The notes beneath the pieces were generated by a model. That model was not told where the DNA came from. It saw nothing but the letters and a program-made list of their open reading frames with translations, and did not search any database. Both the position numbers and the translations under genes were made by a program. Positions 18,906 to 28,381 of a stretch of 59,732 bases of DNA are shown one piece after another; position 1 is the first letter of the stretch, and each line of letters opens with the position of its first letter. The DNA is from an uncultured Anaerotruncus sp. (GTDB taxonomy: Bacteria > Bacillota > Clostridia > Oscillospirales > Ruminococcaceae): assembly GCF_902490045.1 (NCBI RefSeq), contig NZ_CABUCJ010000001.1, positions 1 through 59,732 on the forward strand. Reading direction: 5' to 3'.

Positions 18906-19667
18906 TTACTGCGCCAGGCCGATCTTGGTCAGCCATTCGGTCACGGCGCCGCCGGGATTTTGGGACGCGGAGCTGGAAAGGGAAAGACCGTCCGTAATGG
19001 TTGCGCCCGGCTCCAGACCGGCGATGGTGCGGAGCGTGCCCGAGAAGCCGCTGCCGCCGCTGGACACAAAGGGGGCGATGGTCTTACCGGACAGGTCGTA
19101 GGCATCCAGGAAGCTGTAAAGGATCATCGGCATATCGCCCCACCAGTTGGGGAAGCCCAGATAGACGACATCGTAGCTGGCGAAGTTCTCGATGCCGCCG
19201 GTGATCTCCGGGCGGGCGTTTTCGCTCTGCTCGTTCTGCGCCTCGTCGAGGACGGTGTTGTAGTCGGTGGAATAGGGGATGACGGGTACCAGCTCGAACG
19301 TGTCCGCGCCGGTCTGGCTGGCGATTTCGCCCGCGATGGTTTTGGTGTTGCCCGACCAGGAGAAATAGACCACCAGCGCCTTTGCGCCGGTTTCCTCCGG
19401 CTGGGCGGGAGCCTCTTCAGAGAGGGATTCTGGCGCGGATGCCGGTTCAGAAGACATTTCGGCGGATGGCGCCGGTGCAGCTGTCGGTTCAGAGAATGCC
19501 TCGGAGGGGGCTTCGGATGTGGATTCCACAGGCGCGGACACCGCCGAAGAAGAAACAGCGGCGGCGGAAGCCGGTGCGGAACTTGATGGGGTGGAAGCGG
19601 AACCGCCGCACGCCGCCAGCGAGAGCGGCATTGTAAAGGCTAAGAGGAATGCAAATATTTTTTTCAT
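18906..19667 (-). CDS. Flavodoxin lipoprotein with Ser/Ala/Pro/Glu-rich linker
   Basis: Lipobox LAAC; VVYFSWSGNT, GFPNWWG. Confidence 0.85.
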   Translation of the reverse strand: MKKIFAFLLAFTMPLSLAACGGSASTPSSSAPASAAAVSSSAVSAPVESTSEAPSEAFSEPTAAPAPSAEMSSEPASAPESLSEEAPAQPEETGAKALVVYFSWSGNTKTIAGEIASQTGADTFELVPVIPYSTDYNTVLDEAQNEQSENARPEITGGIENFASYDVVYLGFPNWWGDMPMILYSFLDAYDLSGKTIAPFVSSGGSGFSGTLRTIAGLEPGATITDGLSLSSSASQNPGGAVTEWLTKIGLAQ

Positions 19668-19737
19668 GTTGATTGACTCCTTCCTAATTGTTTTGAACGA
19701 TCCGGGCAATCCCGGTTGTTAATCTGACGCCGGTTTT

Positions 19738-19947
19738 TCAAATGCCGGACTTTATGAACATACTTTCCGGGGGGATCTGCTCCATTGACTGTTTCCAGTC
19801 CTCCTTCGGCACATCCTGAACAGAAACCGACACGACCTTTTCTTCAATTTTGAGCTCGTCACAAATCAGCCGCTGGACCTTGACCGCCAGCGCCTTTTTG
19901 GTTTCATCGTCTCTCCCTGGGAACATGGTGATTGCAATATGCGGCAT
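19738..19947 (-). CDS. 4-oxalocrotonate tautomerase family protein
   Basis: N-terminal Pro (MPHIAITMFPGR); GGAGG RBS. Confidence 0.85.
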   Translation of the reverse strand: MPHIAITMFPGRDDETKKALAVKVQRLICDELKIEEKVVSVSVQDVPKEDWKQSMEQIPPESMFIKSGI

Positions 19948-19972
19948 AAAATCTCCTCCTTTAAGACTGCGT

Positions 19973-20521
19973 TCATGGTTTTCCAAGCGACATACACGCC
20001 GCGATGGTCTCGCCGGTCTTGAGGTAGGTATAACCCGGCATCTCAAACAATACTGGCTTGAATTTGCCGAAATCTGGTTTTGTACCGTCCCTGGTCAAAA
20101 TGGACTCCTCCGCAAAGGTGTGGACGATTTTGAGCATGAAGTTTTCAAACGCGGCGGTTTCGTACACATCTTCCACGGTGCATTCCATGGAAATCTTTGC
20201 TTCGTCAATCATAGGGGTGCCAGCTTCTCCTGTCGTGTAGGAGAACACCTTAGATTTATCTGTCTTTCCGCCGCTGACACAGCCTACATAGTCGGCCTTT
20301 TGCAGCCAGCCTTCATCCACCACATTGATGGACAGCGCCCGGTTTTCCCGAATCCCTTGATTGATGTAGTGCGCTTTGGCAAGGCTTACCATCACCAGGT
20401 CATGGGAAGGGATACCGGTATGCGCCGCCAGCGTCCAGGTAGGCTTGCCTTGCACTATCGCGCCTACGACGACCACCGGCACAGGGTAAAGGGCGCCGAT
20501 ACTGCCCAAATCTTTTTTCAT
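19973..20521 (-). CDS. Flavin reductase (flavoredoxin) family protein
   Basis: LYPVPVVVVG, ADYVGCVSG. Confidence 0.85.
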   Translation of the reverse strand: MKKDLGSIGALYPVPVVVVGAIVQGKPTWTLAAHTGIPSHDLVMVSLAKAHYINQGIRENRALSINVVDEGWLQKADYVGCVSGGKTDKSKVFSYTTGEAGTPMIDEAKISMECTVEDVYETAAFENFMLKIVHTFAEESILTRDGTKPDFGKFKPVLFEMPGYTYLKTGETIAACMSLGKP

Positions 20522-20526
20522 TGCGA

Positions 20527-20877
20527 TCAAATCCCTTTCTTTTTCATTTTAAACCGAAGATAGTCCAGCCGATCCAGTTGCCTTTCCCGGAAATGGATTT
20601 CGTCCAGCGTGTCGCTGCGCTTGTCGGTTAGCATCCGCAGCCGCTCCTGTTCGGTGGAGTCTCCCGCCAGCATCAGGCGCATATAGGTTTCGATTTCCTT
20701 GTTGCTGAAACCGATATCGTGCAGGGTCATGATCATGCTGAGGCGTTCGATATCCCTGTCGTCATACTGCCATGCGCCCATGACTTTTTTGACCTCACCG
20801 CAGAGTCCCCAGCTTTCATATTCGTCCAGTACCTCTACAGGGATGTTGTAATGCTCACTTGCTTCCGTCTTTGTCAT
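20527..20877 (-). CDS. MerR-family regulator
   Basis: YDDRDIERLSMIMTLHDIGFS HTH/coiled coil. Confidence 0.8.
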   Translation of the reverse strand: MTKTEASEHYNIPVEVLDEYESWGLCGEVKKVMGAWQYDDRDIERLSMIMTLHDIGFSNKEIETYMRLMLAGDSTEQERLRMLTDKRSDTLDEIHFRERQLDRLDYLRFKMKKKGI

Positions 20878-20959
20878 TTTTTGTTTGACTCCTCTCCACG
20901 CGGAATAAAAAATAAAGGCGCTCCCTCTCGGGTACGCCTTTAGTATAAAACTCGCCTAT

Positions 20960-20999
20960 TGATATGTCTAATACTTATATCGTATTCATTGAAATGCCT
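20960..20999. promoter_or_regulatory. Putative LysR operator/promoter, copy 1
   Basis: 31/40 identical to 23082-23121. Confidence 0.55.
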
Positions 21000-21865
21000 G
21001 TTACGCATTTCTGGGAGTATTCAAGAAATGCGGCTGTGGTGGGAGCGGTCATCTGATCTTTCTTCCACACCAAAACAGAACCGCTCTCCATGGGCGGGGA
21101 AAGTGGAATAAAGTAGGTATCGTCATAACTGCAATCCAACTTGATGCAGACGGCTGCGCCGATTTTGTTGCGCACCAGGATTGCCGCATTGTAAAGCAGG
21201 TTATAGAGGCCCACGATATGCAGATCGTCAAAATCAACCCCAAAGCAGTTGGCGATGAACCCCTGAATCAGATTACCGTTGGGAACCATTAAGGGGACAT
21301 TCAATAGTTCGGATGGGCTGACGGACTGTTTCCCGGCAAGTTCAGAATCCTTGTGAACCAGTACGCCCCAGGTTTCCTTCTGCGGCACCTGCAAGAAAGC
21401 ATATTTTGTCATGTCCACAGGCTCGGGCACAAGCCCCATATCCAGGAGTCCGTTTTCGATGCGCTCCTTGATGCTGTCCGTATTGCTGCTGAAAATGCTC
21501 ATTTGAACAAGAGGGTGCTCTGCTTGAAATCGGGCCAGGAGCTTCGCAAGGAAGTCCACACTTTGCAGCTCGCCGCAGCCAATCGAGATTTCACCCGTCA
21601 GCTCCGCATCCTTCTGCATCAAATCCAGCCTTGTTTTTTCCGCCAGGCTGATCAGCTCCTGCGCCCGCCGCTTTAAGAGCATCCCCTCCTCGGTGAGGAT
21701 GATACTGTGGTTGCTCCGCTGAAACAACTTGACGCCCAGTTCCTCCTCCAGCTGCATGAGCTGGCGGGATAAGGTAGGCTGCGTCACGTGCAAAAGCTGA
21801 GCTGCCTTTGTGATGTTTTCCTCCCGGGCCGCCATCAAAAAATAGTTTAATACACGCAGTTCCAT
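20975..21865 (-). CDS. LysR-family transcriptional regulator
   Basis: MELRVLNYF..ITKAAQLLHVTQPTLSRQ. Confidence 0.95.
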   Translation of the reverse strand: MELRVLNYFLMAAREENITKAAQLLHVTQPTLSRQLMQLEEELGVKLFQRSNHSIILTEEGMLLKRRAQELISLAEKTRLDLMQKDAELTGEISIGCGELQSVDFLAKLLARFQAEHPLVQMSIFSSNTDSIKERIENGLLDMGLVPEPVDMTKYAFLQVPQKETWGVLVHKDSELAGKQSVSPSELLNVPLMVPNGNLIQGFIANCFGVDFDDLHIVGLYNLLYNAAILVRNKIGAAVCIKLDCSYDDTYFIPLSPPMESGSVLVWKKDQMTAPTTAAFLEYSQKCVTGISMNTI

Positions 21866-21976
21866 AGGCTCACCTCTTTGCCCACAGTATAGCACAGGGT
21901 TAACGCATAATCAACATATCTTATGTTAAGAAATGCTATATTCCTATATCTGTTTTTCAAACAGAATAAGAGGGCC

Positions 21977-23014
21977 TCAGAGTGTTTGGTCCCCAATTGA
22001 CCAGGTGGGTGAAGCCTTTAACATTTTTTCATTGTTTTCCGCCATCACGCCCACCAGCTTGTGAAGAATATAGGCTTCCTCCAAATAACAGATTTCTTCT
22101 TCTGACAGGGTAAGCTCCACAGCCTTTGCTGCGCCCTCAATATGATGGAGCTTGGTGGCGCCGACAACTGGAGAATCCACCTTTGTCAACAGCCACGCCA
22201 GAGAGATTTCCGTCATGGAAATACCCTTTTGCTTGGCCAGCTCCGCCACACGTTCGATGATCACACCGTCCTGTTGCGCTGTGGCGTCATACTTGAATCT
22301 CGCGTAGCTGTCCTCCCGCAGACGTTTCGATGTCTCACCAGGGTGCCTGGAAAGCCGTCCTCCGGCCAGCGCGCTGTAGGGCGTCAACGCAATGTTTTCT
22401 TCTCGACAGAGGGGAACCATTTCCCGTTCCTCCTCGCGGAAAAGCAGGTTATAATGTCCTTGAATGGAAACAAATTTCGCAAAGCCTTCTCTTTCAGCCA
22501 GGGCATTCGCCTTGGCAAGCTGCCACGCAAAGCAGTTGGAGATTCCGATGTAATGGGCCTTTCCCGCCTTTACGATGCGGTTGAGTCCGTCCATGATCTC
22601 GTAAAGCGGCGTTGCAAAATCCCACATATGGTAGATATAGAGATCCACATAGTCCATGCCGAGATTTTGCAGGCTTTTATCGATCATCCGCTGGATGTGC
22701 TGCTGCCCGCTGATCCCGTTTTCAAGATCCGTGGCGGTGCGGGGCAGGAACTTGGTGGCCACGACCACCTCGTTGCGCTTTGCATAATCCCGCAGCGCCC
22801 GGCCCACATACTGCTCGCTGGTGCCGCTCTGGTAGGCGATGGCCGTGTCGTAAAAATTCACGCCCAGCTCCAAGCCGCGCCGGATGATCTCTCTGGAATG
22901 CGCTTCATCCAGCGTCCAAGAGTGCTGGCCCTTCTGCGCGTCGCCAAAGCCCATGCAGCCCATGCAGATTCGCGAGACTCGCAAATCAGAAGCACCCAGT
23001 TTTGTGTACTCCAC
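21977..23014 (-). CDS. Aldo/keto reductase
   Basis: VSRICMGCMGFG, DTAIAY, YVDLYIYH, IGISN. Confidence 0.92.
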   Translation of the reverse strand: MEYTKLGASDLRVSRICMGCMGFGDAQKGQHSWTLDEAHSREIIRRGLELGVNFYDTAIAYQSGTSEQYVGRALRDYAKRNEVVVATKFLPRTATDLENGISGQQHIQRMIDKSLQNLGMDYVDLYIYHMWDFATPLYEIMDGLNRIVKAGKAHYIGISNCFAWQLAKANALAEREGFAKFVSIQGHYNLLFREEEREMVPLCREENIALTPYSALAGGRLSRHPGETSKRLREDSYARFKYDATAQQDGVIIERVAELAKQKGISMTEISLAWLLTKVDSPVVGATKLHHIEGAAKAVELTLSEEEICYLEEAYILHKLVGVMAENNEKMLKASPTWSIGDQTL

Positions 23015-23081
23015 TTTTCATCCGCCTTTCATACATAAACGAAGAACTCCTCAGGTTACTTTCATTATAGGGCCTTGTTAC

Positions 23082-23121
23082 TGATATAGCTAATACTTAA
23101 AATGTATTGTCAGAAATGCCT
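23082..23121. promoter_or_regulatory. Putative LysR operator/promoter, copy 2
   Basis: TGATAT..CTAATACTTA..GTATT..GAAATGCCT shared with 20960-20999. Confidence 0.55.
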
Positions 23122-23249
23122 TTTGCAAATTTATTTCTCTATATTTTATGATGTTCTAATTATATAAGCGTTGGAAGTCTTTGATTTTTCCAATTGCTTT
23201 GATATAATTAGTGTAAGGAATACATTACTCGGCGAAAGGGGCGTCATAG

Positions 23250-23438
23250 ATGGAGCTTGCAAAGATTACCGCCAAAGGGCAAATTACGATACCGATTGGT
23301 ATCCGCCGAAAATTGGGCGTCAAAGAAGGAGACAAGATCCTTTTTATTGAAGAAAATGGAAAAATCTATCTTTCAAATGCATCCAAGATACCCTTGGACG
23401 CATTGGTGAAAGCGACCTTTGTAGAAGAAGCGGAATAA
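23250..23438 (+). CDS. AbrB/MazE/SpoVT-family DNA-binding protein
   Basis: AKITAKGQITIP..RRKLGVKEGD; preceded by TTGATT-N16-TATAAT (23181-23208). Confidence 0.88.
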   Translation: MELAKITAKGQITIPIGIRRKLGVKEGDKILFIEENGKIYLSNASKIPLDALVKATFVEEAE

Positions 23439-23473
23439 GTTGACTGTTCTATTTTTCAAAGGAGGTGAAAGTT

Positions 23474-25090
23474 ATGCGGATTTACATCTACAGCCGCAAG
23501 TCGGTCTGGACCGGCAAGGGCGAGTCCATCGAAAATCAGGTGGAGATGTGTCGGCAGTACATCACAAACCGTATTGATGGTGGCAGGGCCGCCGAGGTCA
23601 CCGTCTACGAGGACGAGGGCTTTTCCGGCAAAAATCTCGACCGGCCGCAGTTCCAAAGGATGCTGGCCGACTCGAAGAAGCAGAAACCGGATTACATCGT
23701 CTGCTACCGGCTCGATCGCATAAGCCGCAGTGTGGGGGACTTTGCACCGTTGGTGGAGGATTTCATATCGCGGGACATCGGATTCATCTGCATCAAGGAG
23801 CAATTCGACACCTCCACGCCCATGGGTAAGGCGATGATGTACATCGCGAGCGTGTTCGCCCAGCTCGAGAGGGAGACGATTGCCGAGCGGGTGCGGGACA
23901 ATATGCTGATGCTGGCCCGCACCGGCCGCTGGCTGGGCGGAGCTCCGCCTACCGGCTACCAAAGCGAGAAAGTTGAAGAGTGTGTCGTCGATGGAAAAGT
24001 AAAGACCTCGTTCAAGCTGAAGTCCAATCCCGCTGAGATCGGCACGGTTAAGCTCCTGTTCCAGAAGTATTTGGAGTTGCGTTCGCTGAACGGCGTTTCC
24101 AAGTATCTGATTCATGCCGGCATCTGTAACCGTAATGGAGACCCCTATTCGCTGCCGGGCATCAAGGATATTTTACGCAACCCAGTCTACTGCATCGCCG
24201 ATCGTGCCGCGCGGGACTACTTCGTCAGCTGCGGGTCGGATGTGTGTTTCCCGCTTGAGGGATGCTCGGACAAATATGGGCTTCTTTCCTACAACAAGCG
24301 AAATTATACCCGAAAAGGCCACTCCCGGCTGGATAAATCCCAGTGGATCATCGCGGTCGGCAAGCATCGGGGGATCGTCAGCGGCGCAGATTGGGTGCGG
24401 GTGCAGCAGCTTTTGGAGGAGAGGTCGGAGAAGAACATCGCGAAATCCCCACTGAGCTACAACGACTATTCGCTGCTTTCGGGACAGATTTTCTGTTCCA
24501 AGTGCGGGGCGCGGATGTTTGCCAAACGCCGCAGCAACAGCGAAACGCTGTTCGATTACATCTGTGGAAATAAGCTGCGGGATGGAGGGCTCTGCGACTG
24601 CCAGAACCTGAGCGGGCAGCAGGCGGATCACAAGGTATCTGAGTATCTGATGGACTACGTCCATGAGGACAACGGGATCTATCAGCTTTTGGACGCGCTG
24701 AAAAAGAAGATTGAGGACCAGATACCAGCAGACCCGGCGGGGCATTTCGGTGCCCAGATGGAAAAGGCACAGCGGGAGATGGACGGCCTGGTGGCAACGC
24801 TGGCAGCATCCGGGGGGAACGAATCAGTGGTGCGGCATGTGAGCGCCCGGATGGAGGAATTGGACGAGGAACTGAAGCGGCTGACGGCTGCCAAGGCGCA
24901 GGCAAAACAGGCTCATTTGGGCGCGAAGATGGGAGAAGCGCAGATTGCGGCGCTCTCCTGGGCACTCTCGGGCTTCAAGGAACACTTCGACGACATGACC
25001 ATCCACGAGAAGCGCGACTTCGTCCGGCTGTTCGTGAAGAAGCTGGAGTGGGACGGCAAGGACCTCCATATTTTTGTGTACAAGGGATAG
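23474..25090 (+). CDS. Large serine recombinase (resolvase + recombinase + Zn ribbon/coiled coil)
   Basis: YSRKS catalytic Ser, DEGFSGKN, YRLDRISR, FAQLERETIAERV, CSKCG; AGGAGGTG RBS. Confidence 0.95.
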   Translation: MRIYIYSRKSVWTGKGESIENQVEMCRQYITNRIDGGRAAEVTVYEDEGFSGKNLDRPQFQRMLADSKKQKPDYIVCYRLDRISRSVGDFAPLVEDFISRDIGFICIKEQFDTSTPMGKAMMYIASVFAQLERETIAERVRDNMLMLARTGRWLGGAPPTGYQSEKVEECVVDGKVKTSFKLKSNPAEIGTVKLLFQKYLELRSLNGVSKYLIHAGICNRNGDPYSLPGIKDILRNPVYCIADRAARDYFVSCGSDVCFPLEGCSDKYGLLSYNKRNYTRKGHSRLDKSQWIIAVGKHRGIVSGADWVRVQQLLEERSEKNIAKSPLSYNDYSLLSGQIFCSKCGARMFAKRRSNSETLFDYICGNKLRDGGLCDCQNLSGQQADHKVSEYLMDYVHEDNGIYQLLDALKKKIEDQIPADPAGHFGAQMEKAQREMDGLVATLAASGGNESVVRHVSARMEELDEELKRLTAAKAQAKQAHLGAKMGEAQIAALSWALSGFKEHFDDMTIHEKRDFVRLFVKKLEWDGKDLHIFVYKG

Positions 25091-25126
25091 GAATTTATCA
25101 GCCGCTTGTCTCTCGTTGCTCCGGAG

Positions 25127-25151
25127 GTTTCCAGCCTCCGGGAGGGGTATT
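25127..25151 (+). repeat. Right attachment site (arm GTTTCCAGCCTCCGGGAGGGG plus core ATT)
   Basis: Inverted partner of 9039-9059; the feoB frame resumes at 25150. Confidence 0.85.
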
Positions 25152-25884
25152 CCCGACCCTTATTGCAATTATCACGATGTTTTTTGTCGGGGGCGCGGTG
25201 GGCGCGTTTTCCTCCGTCGTTTCGACCCTGCTGCTCACTGCTGTCATCGTGCTCGGCGTGCTGATGACCTTCGCGGTGTCGGCGCTCCTCTCCTGCACGA
25301 TCCTCAAGGGGATGCCGTCCTCCTTTACCCTTGAGCTGCCGCCCTACCGCCGTCCGCAGATCGGCAGGGTGATCGTCCGTTCGATCTTTGACCGGACCCT
25401 CTTCGTACTTGGGCGCGCGATCGTCGTCGCGGCGCCGGCCGGGCTCGTCATCTGGGTGATGGCCAACGTCACCGTCGGGGGTATGAGTTTGCTGGCCCAC
25501 TGTGCGGGCTTCCTCGATCCCTTCGCACGGCTGCTCGGGCTGGACGGCGTGATCCTCATGGCGTTCATCCTCGGGTTCCCGGCCAACGAGATCGTCGTGC
25601 CGATCATCATCATGGCCTATCTGGCGACGGGGAGCATCCTCGACTTCGACAATCTCGCGCAGCTCAAGACGCTGCTTGTCGACAATGGCTGGACCTGGCT
25701 GACGGCGGTGTGCACGATGCTCTTTTCCTTGATGCACTGGCCCTGCTCGACGACCTGCCTGACCATACGCAAGGAGACGCAGAGCTGGAAGTGGACGGCG
25801 ATTTCCTTCCTCGTGCCGACGGTGATCGGCATGGTCGTCTGCTTCCTCGTCGCGGGCGCGGCGCGGCTGTTCGGGCTGGCATAA
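25150..25884 (+). pseudogene. feoB: C-terminal segment of the split feoB-like gene (no stops; restorable by excision)
   Basis: FTLELPPYRRP, GFPANEIVVP, HWPCSTT FeoB C-terminal motifs. Confidence 0.9.
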
Positions 25885-25885
25885 G

Positions 25886-25921
25886 AAAAAAGCGTCCCGC
25901 TTTTAAGCGGGACGCTTTTTT
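25886..25921. terminator. Bidirectional terminator
   Basis: AAAAAAGCGTCCCGC..GCGGGACGCTTTTTT. Confidence 0.85.
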
Positions 25922-26864
25922 AAAGGTCCTTGACGAAGCCGCGCAGGACCTCGCAGGAGGCGTGGAATTTTTCTTCCTCGGCGCCAGTGAGGGGGAGCTG
26001 GACGATTTCCTGGATTCCGCCGCGCCCGATAACCGCGGGCACTCCGCAGAAGACGCCGCGTTCGCCATATTCTCCCTCGAGCAGGGTGGAGACGGGGATG
26101 ATGCGGTTTTCGTCGTGCAGGATGCACTTGATGATACCCGCCGCGGTGGTGGCGATGCCGTAGTAGGTCGTGCCCTTGCGCTTGAGAATTTCCCAGCCTG
26201 CCTGGACGGTGTCGTGGACAAGCCGGTCGAGGTCGACCCCCTCAAAGCGGCCGGGATTGTCCTGCAGGACCTCGTCGAAGGTCTTGCCGCCCACGGTGAC
26301 GCGCGACCAGGGGACCATCTGGCTGTCGCCGTGCTCGCCGAGCGCAAAGGCGTGGACGCTGCGCGGGTCGACGCCGATCAGCTCGCCGAGGAGCGCCTTG
26401 AGGCGGGCGGAGTCGAGCGCGGTGCCGGTGCCGATCACCTGGCTTTTGGGCAGCCCGGAGAGCTTCCAGACGTACTGCGCGATGATGTCCACCGGGTTGG
26501 AGATGATGAGGAAGATGCCCGAGAACCCCGCCTCCATGACCGGCCCGACGATCGACCGGACGATCTCCTTCGAGAGACCGAGGGTGTCAAGCCGGGTCTG
26601 GCCCTCGCGGGGCGGCGGCCCGGCGGTGATGACGACGATGTCCGCGTCGCCGCAGCCGGCATATCCGCCGGCCGTCACCCGGATGTTGCGGCCGAGATAG
26701 TCGATGCCGTCCCGCAGGTCCATCATCTCCCCATGGGCGCGTTCGGCGTTGCGGTCGACGAGCAGGATTTCGTCGCAGAGGCCCTGTGTCAGCAGGCTGA
26801 AGGCGGTGGAGGAGCCGACGAGCCCCGCTCCGATGACGGCGACCTTGCTTATGGATTTTTTCAT
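25920..26864 (-). CDS. ldh: L-lactate dehydrogenase family protein
   Basis: GAGLVG, SNPVD, GTALDSAR, GEHGDS, KGTTYYGIA. Confidence 0.85.
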   Translation of the reverse strand: MKKSISKVAVIGAGLVGSSTAFSLLTQGLCDEILLVDRNAERAHGEMMDLRDGIDYLGRNIRVTAGGYAGCGDADIVVITAGPPPREGQTRLDTLGLSKEIVRSIVGPVMEAGFSGIFLIISNPVDIIAQYVWKLSGLPKSQVIGTGTALDSARLKALLGELIGVDPRSVHAFALGEHGDSQMVPWSRVTVGGKTFDEVLQDNPGRFEGVDLDRLVHDTVQAGWEILKRKGTTYYGIATTAAGIIKCILHDENRIIPVSTLLEGEYGERGVFCGVPAVIGRGGIQEIVQLPLTGAEEEKFHASCEVLRGFVKDL

Positions 26865-26907
26865 GGGATCACTCCGGTCAAAAGATTTCCGGATTAGTAT
26901 GCCCCAA

Positions 26908-28248
26908 TCAGTCGAGCAGATGCTTGGAGCGCCAGTTTCCATTGCGCCAGCGCAGGAAGGAGACGAGCCCGCGGAAGCACTCGTCGCAGGTCATGGCGAT
27001 CCAGATGCCGGGCAGCCCGAGCCCGAGGACGATGCCGAGCAGGTAGCCGCCGCCGACCGCGACCGTCCAGACGGTGGTGACATTGAGGCAGATGGGGAAG
27101 CGGATGTCCCCCGCCGTTTGCAGCGCGCGGAAGAGGACGATGTTGGCCGCGCGCCCGAGTTCGAGCAAGATTTCGATGCCCATGATCGTCCGGCACATGG
27201 CAAGCACCTGCGGGTCGCTCGTAAAGAGGCCGAAGAGCGGCTCGCAGAGCAGGAAAAGCAGCAGCGAGATCACGAAGGAGACGAGCATCGCGGCGCGCAG
27301 CGTCGCGTTGACGCGTCGGTCGGTCTCCTCGATCTTACGCGCGCCCATCAGATAGCCGACGATGATCTGGGTGGCCTGTGCGATCGCGGAGCCGTAGATG
27401 TAGGAGAGCATCGCGAACATGTTGGAATAGGCGCGCGCCGTGATGACGAAGATGGGCAGGGAATTGCACATCGTCTGGATGACGATCTGGGTCAGGTTGT
27501 AGGAAATCGACTCGCCGCCCGAGGGGATGCCGATTTTGAGAAGGCGCTTGAGGTGGTCGACGGGGAAGGGGCGCAGGTTTCGGAAATCGACGGGGGTGCG
27601 GACCGTGCGCTTAAAGAGCCAGATGACGATGACGACGCCGACCAGGCGGGACAGGTCGCTCGAGATGGCCGCGCCCGCGACGCCGAGCATCGGAATCGGT
27701 CCCATGCCGCCGATGAGGAGGAAGTTGCCGGCGATGTTCAGGAGGTTGATGACGATCGAGATGAACATCGTCTGCTTGGTGAGGCCGTGCGCGCGGAAGA
27801 AGGCGACGAAGGTCAGGTGGATGGCCTGCAGGGGCATGCCGACGCCGATGATGCGCAGATAGGCGCTCGCCTCGGGCATCAGCTCCGCCGGGACCCCCAT
27901 CAGCCCGTAGATCTGCGTGGAAAAGAAGGTGAGGGAGACGAAGATGACGAGCGAGAGCGTGACGTTGACCACGAGAGAAACGGTGTAGGTCTGGGCGACC
28001 CGCTCGGTGCTGCCCGCGCCGATATACTGGGTGATCAGGATGGTTGCCGCCATGCAGATGACCGAGAAGGAGATGAGCAGCAGGTTGGTGATGACGTTGG
28101 CGTTGCCGATCGCTGCGACGGCGGTGGGGGAAGTGCGGGCCACCATCATCTGGTCGACGTTGCTGACGAGCATCTGGAGGACCAGCTCGACGAAAATTGG
28201 CCAGGTAAGCTGAAAGAGATACCCGCGGGAATTGACATTTTGATCCAT
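26908..28248 (-). CDS. MATE family efflux transporter
   Basis: LTWPIFVE..VDQMMV; about 12 TM segments; LGVAGAAIS. Confidence 0.9.
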   Translation of the reverse strand: MDQNVNSRGYLFQLTWPIFVELVLQMLVSNVDQMMVARTSPTAVAAIGNANVITNLLLISFSVICMAATILITQYIGAGSTERVAQTYTVSLVVNVTLSLVIFVSLTFFSTQIYGLMGVPAELMPEASAYLRIIGVGMPLQAIHLTFVAFFRAHGLTKQTMFISIVINLLNIAGNFLLIGGMGPIPMLGVAGAAISSDLSRLVGVVIVIWLFKRTVRTPVDFRNLRPFPVDHLKRLLKIGIPSGGESISYNLTQIVIQTMCNSLPIFVITARAYSNMFAMLSYIYGSAIAQATQIIVGYLMGARKIEETDRRVNATLRAAMLVSFVISLLLFLLCEPLFGLFTSDPQVLAMCRTIMGIEILLELGRAANIVLFRALQTAGDIRFPICLNVTTVWTVAVGGGYLLGIVLGLGLPGIWIAMTCDECFRGLVSFLRWRNGNWRSKHLLD

Positions 28249-28381
28249 AAGCGTCCCCTGTTCACATCATAATAACGGAGTCATTATAGTACCTGCACGA
28301 AAAAAGTCAATGACTTTTTGGCATCTCGCACAAATAAAGCGGACAGCACAAAAATGCTGTCCGCTGAAAGCCCGTGGTTCG

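Larger units (their letters stand above)
9034..25151. mobile_element. ~16.1-kb large-serine-recombinase integrative element inserted in feoB
   Basis: Shared ATT at 9034-9036 and 25149-25151; 21-bp inverted arms; recombinase next to the right end; cargo visibly lower in GC than the flanks. Confidence 0.9.

Noticed and set aside
25048..25149. N-terminus of the 278-aa ORF as a replacement start for feoB
   Set aside because: It overlaps the recombinase end and att arm, has no convincing RBS and is not FeoB-like.
9034..25151. Prophage or conjugative element call for the feoB insert
   Set aside because: No capsid, terminase, tail, relaxase or T4SS genes between the att sites.
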